DNA of 64,000 nucleotides from Eubacteriales bacterium. GTDB lineage: Bacteria; Bacillota; Clostridia; Oscillospirales; CAG-272. The notes under the pieces are model-generated. The model was given only the letters and a program-made list of their open reading frames with translations, was not told the DNA's origin and ran no database searches. Where the stretch lies: assembly GCA_045576815.1 (NCBI GenBank), contig JAZNHD010000055.1, positions 14,868-78,867 of the forward strand, given 5' to 3'. How positions within the stretch are numbered: the first letter of the stretch is position 1; each line of letters starts with the position of its first letter. Positions 47,598 to 56,788 of this stretch are shown piece by piece. A program made the position numbers and the translations under genes.

Positions 47598-48401
47598 ATG
47601 AAGGGCGGTGACACTGTGGGTAACGAGCAAAAAATCAAAGAGCTCATAAATCTTGGTATCGACAAAATACCCGAAATACATTACTATAAAACCACCGACT
47701 CTACGAACGCGAGAGCCAAGGAATTTGCTAAATTACGCAACACGGGTGCTGATGTACCTGTAGTTTTCATTGCCGAGGAGCAGACCCGTGGCAGAGGCAG
47801 ACTTGGCCGCTCCTTTCATTCGGCGCGCGGAGGTGTTTATATATCATTTCTCTTTTATCCAAAGGCTACCGCCGAAAAGGCGACGGCAATTACCGCCTAT
47901 GCCGCAGTAATTCTTTCGAGGGTTGTAAAAAGCCTCGCCGGTATCGAACCGAAGATAAAATGGGTAAACGACCTTTATCTTGACGAAAGAAAGCTCGCGG
48001 GCATACTCACCGAGGGCGAGATTTCGCAGGATGGGAGCCTCACTTATGCCGTTTGCGGAATAGGCATAAATCTATCGAAAAAGGCTATTCCGGCTGAGCT
48101 TTCCTCTGTCGCGACCTCGGTTGAGGAGGCGACGGGAATATCCCTTGACCCCATGCTCGTTGCGGCAAGAATAACGGACGCGTTTATATCAGATGCTGAC
48201 GATTTTCTTTCTCCCCGATTTTTTGAGGAATATAAGAGGCTATCTCTCACTCTCGGACGTGACGTGACTGTTTGCTCAGAGCCGTCATACGACGGTGTTG
48301 CGTCCGACATTCTCCCCGACTACTCGCTTTTAGTGGCGACGGACAGCGGTATCCGCCGAGTATTTACAGGTGAGGTAAGCATTCGTCACAAAAAACAGTA
48401 A
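47598..48401 (+). CDS. birA: Biotin-[acetyl-CoA-carboxylase] ligase (group I, no N-terminal HTH)
   Basis: GRGRLGRSF and KWVNDLYLDERKLAGIL motifs are present. The start is uncertain. ATG 47598 would be almost leaderless given the promoter, and the in-frame GTG 47616 has AAGGGCGGTG upstream. Confidence 0.8.
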   Translation: MKGGDTVGNEQKIKELINLGIDKIPEIHYYKTTDSTNARAKEFAKLRNTGADVPVVFIAEEQTRGRGRLGRSFHSARGGVYISFLFYPKATAEKATAITAYAAVILSRVVKSLAGIEPKIKWVNDLYLDERKLAGILTEGEISQDGSLTYAVCGIGINLSKKAIPAELSSVATSVEEATGISLDPMLVAARITDAFISDADDFLSPRFFEEYKRLSLTLGRDVTVCSEPSYDGVASDILPDYSLLVATDSGIRRVFTGEVSIRHKKQ

Positions 48402-48517
48402 AAGGCCTAAAGACACTGCCCGTGTTGCGAAATTAGGCCTTTTTCTTACGACTTCGCCGTATATTTCGCTCTCATTTTGCCAACAATACAAAAAACACTT
48501 TTTGGGGCGGTAGGACT

Positions 48518-49927
48518 ATGAGCGAAGTGCTTTACGGCGACTACAATCTTGACACTCTCCTTTTGCGCGAAAGCCTGCGTGTTAGCGAGAGCTTTGATAT
48601 AATAGAGAGGCATCTCACGGTATGCGACGCTGATATGTGCTTTTTTTATATTGACGGGTTTGTTAAGGATGGCGAGCTTTTACGTATTATGCAGTTCTTG
48701 CTGTCCGAAAAAAGCATAAGCACGGCAGAGGCGCTTGAGCGCCGTATACCCTATGCCGAGGTGGAGCTCTGCCGTGAGCCTAAAAAAATCATTCGCGCGG
48801 TCCTGTCAGGGCAGACCGCAATCCTTGCCGAAGGCTTTGACGGCACGGCAATCCTCCTTGATTTACGCACCTATCCCGCAAGACCGACCTCCGAGCCGGA
48901 GGGTGACAGAGTTATGCAGGGGGCGCGCGACGGCTTTGTTGAAACGCTGGTAACAAACACAGCGCTCATCCGCAGGAGAATTCGAGACACAAGACTTACC
49001 ATGGAGCACTTTAATATAGGTGGCTCATCTGAAACAGACGTTGTCGTTTGCTATATGAAGGGAGTTGCGGACGAGGACACCGTACGTGAGGTTAAGCGCA
49101 AAATTCGCGCGATAAAACCGAAATCAGTAACTCTCGGCTATCAGAGCCTCGCGGAATCGTTAATTCGCACTGGGTGGCTTAACCCGTTTCCGAAAATACG
49201 CACCACAGAGCGCCCCGACACCGCATCGGCACAGCTTCTTGAGGGTAATGTGATAGTTTTATGCGACACGTCCCCCCTCGCAATGATACTACCTACCTCG
49301 ATTTTTGATTACGTGGAGGAAACCTCTGACTATTATTTCCCACCTGTTACGGGAGGCTATCTCCGTCTTGTAAGGACGGCAATCCTTCTCCTTTCCGTTA
49401 TCATCACACCGCTTTGGTATCTTGCTATCGAATACGCATACCTCTTGCCACCCGGACTTGCCTTTATCGTCCCCGACGAGCCTGGCGCACTTCCGATTTT
49501 GCTTCAGCTGCTTCTTGCCGAGGTAGCTATAGACGGTCTGAAAATCGCCTCAATGAACACCCCAGACATTCTCTCTAATTCACTCTCTGTGGTGGGTGCT
49601 TTAATTCTCGGCGACTTTGCTGTTGACGTCGGCTGGCTTTCGGGCGACGTAATTTTATATATGGCGTTCGTCGCAATAGCAAACTTCGCTCAGCAAAACT
49701 ACGAGCTTGGCTATGCCTTTAAGTTTATGCGAGTTATGATTTTAGTTCTCGTTGCTATCTTTAAGATATGGGGCTTTGTTGCGGGGCTTATCCTCTTCTG
49801 TGTCTTTGTCGCAACTAACAAAACCGTGTCCGGAAAGCATAGATATTTATACCCACTGATACCCTTTAACAAAAAAGCCCTCTCGCACCTCATTTTCAGA
49901 CACAAGAAGGATGATTTTGAAGAATAA
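48518..49927 (+). CDS. GerA-family A-subunit-like spore protein (SpoVAF-like)
   Basis: 469 aa with a soluble N-terminal domain (...VVVCYMKGVADEDTV..., ...NPFPKIRTTERPD...) followed by about 5 TM helices. No adjacent GerB- or GerC-type genes. Confidence 0.7.
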   Translation: MSEVLYGDYNLDTLLLRESLRVSESFDIIERHLTVCDADMCFFYIDGFVKDGELLRIMQFLLSEKSISTAEALERRIPYAEVELCREPKKIIRAVLSGQTAILAEGFDGTAILLDLRTYPARPTSEPEGDRVMQGARDGFVETLVTNTALIRRRIRDTRLTMEHFNIGGSSETDVVVCYMKGVADEDTVREVKRKIRAIKPKSVTLGYQSLAESLIRTGWLNPFPKIRTTERPDTASAQLLEGNVIVLCDTSPLAMILPTSIFDYVEETSDYYFPPVTGGYLRLVRTAILLLSVIITPLWYLAIEYAYLLPPGLAFIVPDEPGALPILLQLLLAEVAIDGLKIASMNTPDILSNSLSVVGALILGDFAVDVGWLSGDVILYMAFVAIANFAQQNYELGYAFKFMRVMILVLVAIFKIWGFVAGLILFCVFVATNKTVSGKHRYLYPLIPFNKKALSHLIFRHKKDDFEE

Positions 49928-49971
49928 AGACACCCCGTGCGGCGATTTTTGCCTCGCGGGGTGCTACATGT

Positions 49972-51018
49972 TTATGCCATTGGTAAGAATATGTCAAGTA
50001 CTGTTAGGATTACGGGTATCGTCAGGACGGAGAGCAGCGTGGAAATCGTAACGAGACGTGACACGTAAGCCGCGTCGCAATCGTACTTTTCGGCAAACAT
50101 CGTAGCAGAGGATGCCGCCGGTGCTGCCGCCATAATTACTACGACCGTAGTTACAACACCGTCAATTTGAAGACCAAGTAGGGATAATAGCTTTATGAAA
50201 AGCACAACAGAAATCGGCAAAACGAGATGCCTTAACGCAAGAAAAAGATACATAGCCTTGTCACGAAGCACTCCCGAAAAATTCATATCCGCAAGACGAA
50301 GGCCTATGACAGTCATGGAGAGCGGAGCGACGAGCGCGCGAAGCATCTCAAGTGAGTCTGTAATTATGCCGCCGGCAAAGCTATCCAGCACCCCGTGTAT
50401 CGGAAACACAAAGAAAACAAGTCCAAGCAGCGCCGCAACAGTCACGGGATGGTAGAGCGCCTTGAGGGGCGAGGCGGTGCTTTTTTTCTTTTTCCTCACC
50501 TCGTGGTAGTCGGTAAGCACGTCCCCGTCGGTTACGCCATCACCGTCCTCATCTCTGTCGTCGGTACAGATATAAACACCGAGCGACCACAGAAAGAAGT
50601 TAAACGTAATATTATAAATGGAAGCGTATACGGTGGCCTCGGGAAAGGTGCTTTCAAAAATCGCACTTATAAGCGGTATTCCCATAAATGCGGCATTTGA
50701 AAAAATCGTAGCAAATCTTAACATTCTCCTTGCCGAGTCGGGCTCACGTCTAAACGCGGAGAGCGCAACCGCAGAAAAAATAATATGCGCCACTATCGAA
50801 AGCGCCAACACGTACAGAGAGTTTATAAGCAGCTCCCACGAGAACTCTCGCAGATATGCAAGGAATATCAGTGCGGGCTGCGCAACATACAGCACGAGAT
50901 TTGAAATTCCCTTGCCAACCCCCTCTGCCGAGAGACCGCATTTTTTAAGAATTACACCGGGCAGCATCATTATAAAGAGCAGCACGACGTTGTAAATTAT
51001 GTCTGGTATAATGTTCAT
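49972..51018 (-). CDS. AEC-family (auxin efflux carrier-like) transporter
   Basis: It has two 5-TM halves separated by an acidic/basic loop. I preferred ATG 51018 (MNIIPDIIYN) with an AAAGGA RBS over the track's TTG at 51027. Confidence 0.75.
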   Translation of the reverse strand: MNIIPDIIYNVVLLFIMMLPGVILKKCGLSAEGVGKGISNLVLYVAQPALIFLAYLREFSWELLINSLYVLALSIVAHIIFSAVALSAFRREPDSARRMLRFATIFSNAAFMGIPLISAIFESTFPEATVYASIYNITFNFFLWSLGVYICTDDRDEDGDGVTDGDVLTDYHEVRKKKKSTASPLKALYHPVTVAALLGLVFFVFPIHGVLDSFAGGIITDSLEMLRALVAPLSMTVIGLRLADMNFSGVLRDKAMYLFLALRHLVLPISVVLFIKLLSLLGLQIDGVVTTVVVIMAAAPAASSATMFAEKYDCDAAYVSRLVTISTLLSVLTIPVILTVLDIFLPMA

Positions 51019-51048
51019 TTTCGTCAATCCTTTTCTTTGTCGGGATAT

Positions 51049-51077
51049 ATTTTAACACTTTTGCGGCGTTTTGTCAA
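51049..51077 (-). promoter_or_regulatory. Putative sigma-A promoter of the AEC transporter gene
   Basis: Minus strand reads TTGACA, 17 nt, TAAAAT. Confidence 0.45.
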
Positions 51078-51088
51078 TATGGAACGTC

Positions 51089-51117
51089 TTGACATTGAAG
51101 AGCTTATATGTTATAAT
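51089..51117 (+). promoter_or_regulatory. Putative sigma-A promoter of the MATE transporter gene
   Basis: TTGACA (51089-51094), 17 nt, TATAAT (51112-51117). Confidence 0.5.
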
Positions 51118-51153
51118 TCCTTGGTATTGAAGTTTCAGAGAGGCAGGACGCGT

Positions 51154-52473
51154 ATGAATCTCGCGCATGACAGAGTGTCGGGGCTTTACTTTAAAATGCT
51201 CTTTTCGGCACTCGGAAGTATGATTGTAACAACCATATATTCAAGCGTTGACTGTATTTGCATAGGCCAGTACGCAGGTCCGCTTGGCAGTGCGGCGGTT
51301 GCGTGCGTAAACCCTCTTTGGCCGATTATGTTAGCTCCCGGCTTTCTCGTCGGTGTCGGCGGGGCGATAATGATGAATAACCGCCGCGGCTCAGGTAACG
51401 GCCGCGATGCCGACGGATATTTTACGCTATCATTTTTCTTTGCCCTAATAGTAAGCGCGATTATAGGCGCAGCGTTTATCCTTTTTCCCGAGGCAATACT
51501 CCGCTTTTTCGGTGCGGAGGGTGAAGTGCTATCGGCATCCGTCGATTATATGCGGCCGCTTGCCGTCTCAGCCCCAACCTTTACAATGTGCGCTGCGATC
51601 ACGCCTTTTATACGTGGAGACGGAGAAACAGTAACCCCTACCGTAGCTACTATTATAGGCGGTGTTATAAACGTTTTCGGAGATATATTCTTTGTGTTTG
51701 ATTTCGGCCTCGGACTTGGTCTTTTTGGCGCGGGATTCGCCACAGCGATTGGTCAAACGGTTTCGTTTCTTCTCATTATCAGTTACTTTTTGCGCGCAAA
51801 ATGTAAACTTAAAATTACAAAAACCGATAGAATTCTTTCGAAATTTAAAAATATTTTTTCCATCGGCTTTTCTGCATTTGTCATCGAACTTTCGGGAGGA
51901 ATTGTAGGCCTCGTGTTTATACGAGTGATATCAGAGGGACTGTCCGACACTCATCTCGCGGTTTACGGCACGGCATCTACAGTGCTCGTTCTCTTTTACT
52001 GTCTTTTCTATGCGACAGGCACCGCTCTTCAGCCTATAGCTGCGACAAGCCACGGCGCCGGCGACCCCGCACGCTCTCGCGCAGCGCTTAAGGTAGCGCT
52101 TATATCTGCTACCGCGCTCGGCATTCTGTTTTGGGCGGCAACGCACATTTTCCCTGAGCTGATACTCCGCTTTTATATGGACGTTACAGACGAGGTGCTC
52201 CTGATTGGCAAGGATATAGTTAAGACCTACACCGCAGCCCTCCCGATAGCAGGCATAAGCATTGTTGCATCATATTATATGCAGTCAATTCTGCGACACA
52301 AGGCCTCGGTAGTTATCTCGATTCTTCGCGGATTGCTGCTCCCGGTTGCATTCGTGCTTTTGCTGCCGCTTATTTTCCACTATGATGCCATCTGGTGGGC
52401 AATTCCGCTTGCCGAGATTGTGACGGTTATAGTTTCAGTAATTATTCTTGTTTTAGATAAGGAAAGAGCATAA
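51154..52473 (+). CDS. MATE-family efflux transporter
   Basis: About 439 aa from ATG 51154 (downstream of the promoter, RBS AGAGAGGCAGG). 12-TM pattern with N-terminal ...LYFKMLFSALGSMIVTTIYSSVD.... Confidence 0.8.
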   Translation: MNLAHDRVSGLYFKMLFSALGSMIVTTIYSSVDCICIGQYAGPLGSAAVACVNPLWPIMLAPGFLVGVGGAIMMNNRRGSGNGRDADGYFTLSFFFALIVSAIIGAAFILFPEAILRFFGAEGEVLSASVDYMRPLAVSAPTFTMCAAITPFIRGDGETVTPTVATIIGGVINVFGDIFFVFDFGLGLGLFGAGFATAIGQTVSFLLIISYFLRAKCKLKITKTDRILSKFKNIFSIGFSAFVIELSGGIVGLVFIRVISEGLSDTHLAVYGTASTVLVLFYCLFYATGTALQPIAATSHGAGDPARSRAALKVALISATALGILFWAATHIFPELILRFYMDVTDEVLLIGKDIVKTYTAALPIAGISIVASYYMQSILRHKASVVISILRGLLLPVAFVLLLPLIFHYDAIWWAIPLAEIVTVIVSVIILVLDKERA

Positions 52474-52501
52474 AAAAAGCACGCATGCGCGTGCTTTTTT
52501 T
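52472..52501. terminator. Bidirectional intrinsic terminator (MATE / pepT)
   Basis: AAAAAAAGCACGC-ATGC-GCGTGCTTTTTTT. Confidence 0.75.
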
Positions 52502-52503
52502 AT

Positions 52504-53715
52504 TTAGAGTGATTTGGCTCCGCGGACGATTTCAACAACGAGGTCAACGCATTTTTCCATAGACTCAATTACCGCATATTCAAAGCGGGAGTGGAAATTC
52601 TCACCTCCGGTCGCAAGGTTGGGGCACGGAATTCCCATAAAGGAAAGTCGTGAGCCGTCAGTGCCGCCGCGAATGGGAACCATAATAGGTTCAATTCCGA
52701 GCTTCTCCATAGCGGCGCGTGCGCGCTCCAACGTGTATGGATGCGCATCTATTATTTCCTTCATGTTATAGTAGGAATCGCGTAGAGTAAGCTCTATTGC
52801 GTCACCGTACTTTTTGTTAAGCAGCTCTGCAATACGGATAAATTCTGCCTTTTTAGCCTCAAACATCGCTCTGTCGTGGTCACGTATAATGTAGTCGAGC
52901 TCCGCCCTCTCGCACTCACCTGACATTGAGGTAAGGTGATGGAAGCCCTCATATCCCTCTGTACGCTCGGGAATTTCGTCCTGAGGAAGAAGGGAGTCGA
53001 ACTCCACGGCAATTCTCGCCGCGTTTTTCATCTTATCCTTTGCAGCTCCGGGGTGAATTGAAATGCCGTTTACAACAACCTTTGCCGACGCGGCATTGAA
53101 GTTTTCGCACTCGAGCTCACCAAGGCAGCCTCCGTCGAGCGTGTAGGCATAGTCCGCGCCAAAGGCCTCCACGTCAAAATAATCAGCACCTCGGCCTATC
53201 TCCTCATCGGGTGTAAACGCCACGCATATCTTGCCGTGGGGCATACCCGTGTTAATTATTCTCTCAAGCGCCGTCATAATTTCGGCAATGCCTGCCTTGT
53301 CGTCAGCGCCGAGAAGCGTCGTACCGTCGGTAACGATAAGGTGCTTGCCTACATGCTTTTTAAGGCCGGGATAATCCGCGCACCTCATAACTATGCCGAG
53401 CTCCTGGTTAAGAATAATATCCTCGCCGTCAAAGAGCACCGTCCGAGCCTTGATATTCTCGCCTGATGCCGCATCAGAGGTATCCATATGCGCAATAAGT
53501 CCGAGGGCGGCATACCCCTCCGCGTTTGCCGCAAGGCTCGCGTAAACGTAGCCGTATTTATCTACTCTCGCATCGGAAAGCCCAAGAGCCAAAAGCTCAC
53601 GGCAGAGCTCGTTTGCAAGCACGAGCTGACGCTCCGTGCTGGGAGTGCTCTCGCTCTGCTCAGACGACGTTGTGTGGTATCCGACGTATTTTAAAAATCT
53701 TTCTTCTACTCTCAT
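52504..53715 (-). CDS. pepT: Peptidase T (tripeptide aminopeptidase, M20B)
   Basis: 403 aa from ATG 53715 (RBS GGAGGAAA), starting MRVEERFLKYVGYHTTS..., with ...HMDTSD..., ...GADDKAGIAEIM... and ...TPDEEIG... motifs. Confidence 0.85.
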   Translation of the reverse strand: MRVEERFLKYVGYHTTSSEQSESTPSTERQLVLANELCRELLALGLSDARVDKYGYVYASLAANAEGYAALGLIAHMDTSDAASGENIKARTVLFDGEDIILNQELGIVMRCADYPGLKKHVGKHLIVTDGTTLLGADDKAGIAEIMTALERIINTGMPHGKICVAFTPDEEIGRGADYFDVEAFGADYAYTLDGGCLGELECENFNAASAKVVVNGISIHPGAAKDKMKNAARIAVEFDSLLPQDEIPERTEGYEGFHHLTSMSGECERAELDYIIRDHDRAMFEAKKAEFIRIAELLNKKYGDAIELTLRDSYYNMKEIIDAHPYTLERARAAMEKLGIEPIMVPIRGGTDGSRLSFMGIPCPNLATGGENFHSRFEYAVIESMEKCVDLVVEIVRGAKSL

Positions 53716-53813
53716 ACCGTTTCCTCCGTTTCGGGATAGGATAATTATACTATTACAGGTCGCGTTTGTCAATAGCGCGCCCCCTCTATTTCTTTTAAAA
53801 ATCCTCGCGCGTA

Positions 53814-53842
53814 TTGACTTCGTAATTATTTTGTGATATAAT
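53814..53842 (+). promoter_or_regulatory. Putative sigma-A promoter of alaS
   Basis: TTGACT (53814-53819), 17 nt, TGaTATAAT (53837-53842). Confidence 0.55.
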
Positions 53843-53876
53843 ACATTCTTGAAATTCAATTTAGGAGTAGCAAATT

Positions 53877-56498
53877 ATGAAATGGACTTCTTTAAATGAC
53901 CTGCGCGAAAAATTTCTCTCTTTCTTTGAGAGCAAGGGACACAAAAGACTCCCGAGCTTTTCGCTGATTCCGAACAACGATAAATCGCTTCTTTTAATAA
54001 ACTCCGGTATGGCGCCCATGAAAAAATTCTTCACCGGTGAGGAGACTCCGCCGAGAAACCGCGTTTGCACCTGCCAGAAGTGTATAAGAACCCCTGACCT
54101 TGAAAGAGTCGGACACACCGCGCGTCACGGTACGTATTTCGAGATGCTCGGAAACTTCTCGTTCGGTGATTACTTTAAAGATGAGGCCATTCCGTGGGCA
54201 TGGGAGTTTCTCACCGAAACGCTTGAGATTCCCGCAGAGCTTCTCTGGCCGTCGGTATACGAGAATGATGACGAGGCCTACGCTATCTGGCGCGACAAAA
54301 TCGGCGTTCCCGAGGAGCATATTGTAAAGCTCGGCAAGGCGGACAACTTCTGGGAGCACGGCTCAGGCCCCTGCGGTCCCTGCTCGGAGATTTATTTCGA
54401 CAGAGGCATAAAGTACGGTTGCGGCTCACCGGACTGTAAGCCCGGCTGTGACTGTGACAGATTTATGGAAATCTGGAACAACGTTTTCTCGCAGTTTAAT
54501 AATGACGGAGCAGGCAACTACACCGAGCTCGCACAAAAAAACATTGACACGGGTATGGGCCTTGAGCGTCTTGCCTGCGTTATGCAGGGTGTTGACAATC
54601 TCTTCGAGGTTGACACCGTAAGACGTCTTCTCGATACCGTTTGCAAGATAGCGGGTAAGTCCTACGGTGCTGAGGCTGACGACGATGTATCCATAAGAGT
54701 TATCACCGACCACGTAAGAAGCGCTACCTTTATGATTTCCGACGGAGTTATACCTTCAAACGAGGGCCGAGGCTACGTGCTTCGCAGAATTATCCGCCGT
54801 GCCTGCCGCCACGGAAAGCTGCTCGGCATTGAGGGTATGTTTTTAAAGAGCCTCTCTGAGATAGTTATCGACCAAAACGAGGGCGCTTATCCCGAGCTTC
54901 GCGAAAAACGCGACTACATTCTTAAGGTAATAGTTCTTGAAGAGGAACGCTTTAACGCGACTATAGATGCCGGTCTTGGCATCCTCTCGGGTATAATTTC
55001 CGAATGCAAGGAAAAGGGTCTTGACACAATTTCCGGTGCTGACGCATTTAAGCTATACGACACCTTTGGCTTCCCTGTTGACCTCACCCGTGAGATTGCA
55101 GAGGAGTCGGGACTTAAGATTGACGAGGATTACTTCCGTGCCCTTATGAACGAGCAAAAGGAGAGAGCGAGAGCCGCAAGAGGCAATATTTCCGGCTGGT
55201 CGGATTCCTCTAAATCGCTGCTTGAAAACATCAAGCCCACCGAGTTCCTCGGCTACACCGAGAACGAGTGCACAGCTTCCGTTGTCACTATCATAGCAGA
55301 CGGTGCGGCTGTCGACGAGTGCTCTGAGGGCGAATGCTCTGTAATCCTTAACAAGACCGTGTGCTACGGCGAGAGCGGCGGTCAGGTCGGCGACACCGGC
55401 GAGATTTTTGTCGGTGACACAAGGCTCACCGTCCTTGACACTAAGAAAACCAACGGAATTTACATTCACGAATGCCGTGTCGAAAACGGAATTATTCACA
55501 CGGGTGACACCGTTTCCGTGAAATTTGACAAAACCAGACGTCTTTCTATAAAGCGCAATCACTCCGCGGCACATCTTCTTCAGGCAGCACTGCGCTGCGT
55601 GCTGGGCAATCACGTTGAGCAAGCAGGCTCGTACGTTGACGAGTCGAGAGTGCGCTTTGACTTCACTCACCTTGCCGCTATGACGACAGAAGAAATTGCC
55701 AAGGTTGAGGCGCTTGTGAACGAGAACATCCTTAAAGCTGAGACCTGCGAGACGGTAGAAACTACTCCTGATGAGGCAAAGAAGATGGGCGCTATGGCGC
55801 TCTTCGGTGAAAAGTACGGCAGCATTGTTAGAGTTGTTAAAATCGGCTCTTCCTCTACCGAGCTTTGCGGCGGTACTCACGCGTCGAACACCGGTGAGCT
55901 CGGACTCTTCAAGATTATCTCCGAGAGCTCGGTTGCGGCAGGTGTAAGAAGAATTGAGGGCACGACCGGCATGGGAGTACTCGCTCTCCTATCCGAACGC
56001 GACGAGCTTATTCACAGCACCGCTCGCGAGCTTAAAGCACAGAATCCCGCGGCCATTGCAAAGCGCGCTCAGAGCCTTCAGTCAGAAATGAAGGAGCTGC
56101 GCCGCGAGCTTGACAGCGCCAATGCAAAGCTTACCGAGATAAAGACCGAATCTCTCCTCTCTTCTCTTGAAACCGTTGGCAGCTTCAAACTTCTTCTTGC
56201 AAAGGTCGATATGCGTCCCGATGCAGCGCGCGCACTCTCAGATACCGTTAAGTCGAAGCATCCCGACGGTGTTGCAGTGTTTGCAGCGATAGCTGACGGA
56301 AAGCTCAATTTCGTTGCCGCGGCAGGTGCTGATGCTGTAAAGGCAGGTGCTCACGCAGGAAACATTCTCCGCGAGATTTCCGCAATCTGCGGCGGCAAGG
56401 GCGGAGGCCGTCCCGACAGTGCAATGAGCGGCGGCCGTGATATTGATAAGGTTGACGAGGCTCTCGCTCGCGCACGCGAAATTTTAGCATCGTTATAA
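53877..56498 (+). CDS. alaS: Alanyl-tRNA synthetase
   Basis: 873 aa starting MKWTSLNDLREKFLSFFESKGH..., with ...FEMLGNFSFGDYFK..., an editing-domain HxxxH/CGGTH motif and a C-terminal DHHA1 domain. Confidence 0.95.
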   Translation: MKWTSLNDLREKFLSFFESKGHKRLPSFSLIPNNDKSLLLINSGMAPMKKFFTGEETPPRNRVCTCQKCIRTPDLERVGHTARHGTYFEMLGNFSFGDYFKDEAIPWAWEFLTETLEIPAELLWPSVYENDDEAYAIWRDKIGVPEEHIVKLGKADNFWEHGSGPCGPCSEIYFDRGIKYGCGSPDCKPGCDCDRFMEIWNNVFSQFNNDGAGNYTELAQKNIDTGMGLERLACVMQGVDNLFEVDTVRRLLDTVCKIAGKSYGAEADDDVSIRVITDHVRSATFMISDGVIPSNEGRGYVLRRIIRRACRHGKLLGIEGMFLKSLSEIVIDQNEGAYPELREKRDYILKVIVLEEERFNATIDAGLGILSGIISECKEKGLDTISGADAFKLYDTFGFPVDLTREIAEESGLKIDEDYFRALMNEQKERARAARGNISGWSDSSKSLLENIKPTEFLGYTENECTASVVTIIADGAAVDECSEGECSVILNKTVCYGESGGQVGDTGEIFVGDTRLTVLDTKKTNGIYIHECRVENGIIHTGDTVSVKFDKTRRLSIKRNHSAAHLLQAALRCVLGNHVEQAGSYVDESRVRFDFTHLAAMTTEEIAKVEALVNENILKAETCETVETTPDEAKKMGAMALFGEKYGSIVRVVKIGSSSTELCGGTHASNTGELGLFKIISESSVAAGVRRIEGTTGMGVLALLSERDELIHSTARELKAQNPAAIAKRAQSLQSEMKELRRELDSANAKLTEIKTESLLSSLETVGSFKLLLAKVDMRPDAARALSDTVKSKHPDGVAVFAAIADGKLNFVAAAGADAVKAGAHAGNILREISAICGGKGGGRPDSAMSGGRDIDKVDEALARAREILASL

Positions 56499-56508
56499 TA
56501 AAAAACCG

Positions 56509-56545
56509 GAAATCCGCAAGCAACCCTTGCGGATTTCTTAAAATT
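56509..56545 (+). terminator. Intrinsic terminator of alaS
   Basis: 12-bp hairpin GAAATCCGCAAG/CTTGCGGATTTC followed by a T-rich tract. Confidence 0.75.
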
Positions 56546-56664
56546 TAACTTAGGAAAAATCATCCGTATTAATGGCACTTCTCGACAAATAAGTCACGAA
56601 ATTTGCACTCCTATCATAAAATGCAAGTGGGAAGAAAAACCCAACGCATCGAAAGGATGGAGAA

Positions 56665-56745
56665 ATGAAAATTGTCGTTATCCGATCCCCTAAATTTGTC
56701 AGGCGTTTGCTTGCCAAGATATTCGGGATAGAAATTAACAAATAA
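56665..56745 (+). CDS. spoVM: Stage V sporulation protein M (26-aa amphipathic peptide), absent from the ORF track
   Basis: Sequence MKIVVIRSPKFVRRLLAKIFGIEINK has the same length and pattern as B. subtilis SpoVM (MKFYTIKLPKFLGGIVRAMLGSFRKD, from memory). It has an RBS AAAGGATGGAG and its own terminator. Confidence 0.75.
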   Translation: MKIVVIRSPKFVRRLLAKIFGIEINK

Positions 56746-56750
56746 CATAT

Positions 56751-56780
56751 AAAAAGACCGCTCAAATGAGCGGTCTTTTT
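56751..56780. terminator. Bidirectional intrinsic terminator (spoVM / mnmG)
   Basis: AAAAAGACCGCTC-AAAT-GAGCGGTCTTTTT. Confidence 0.8.
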
Positions 56781-56788
56781 AACACGGG

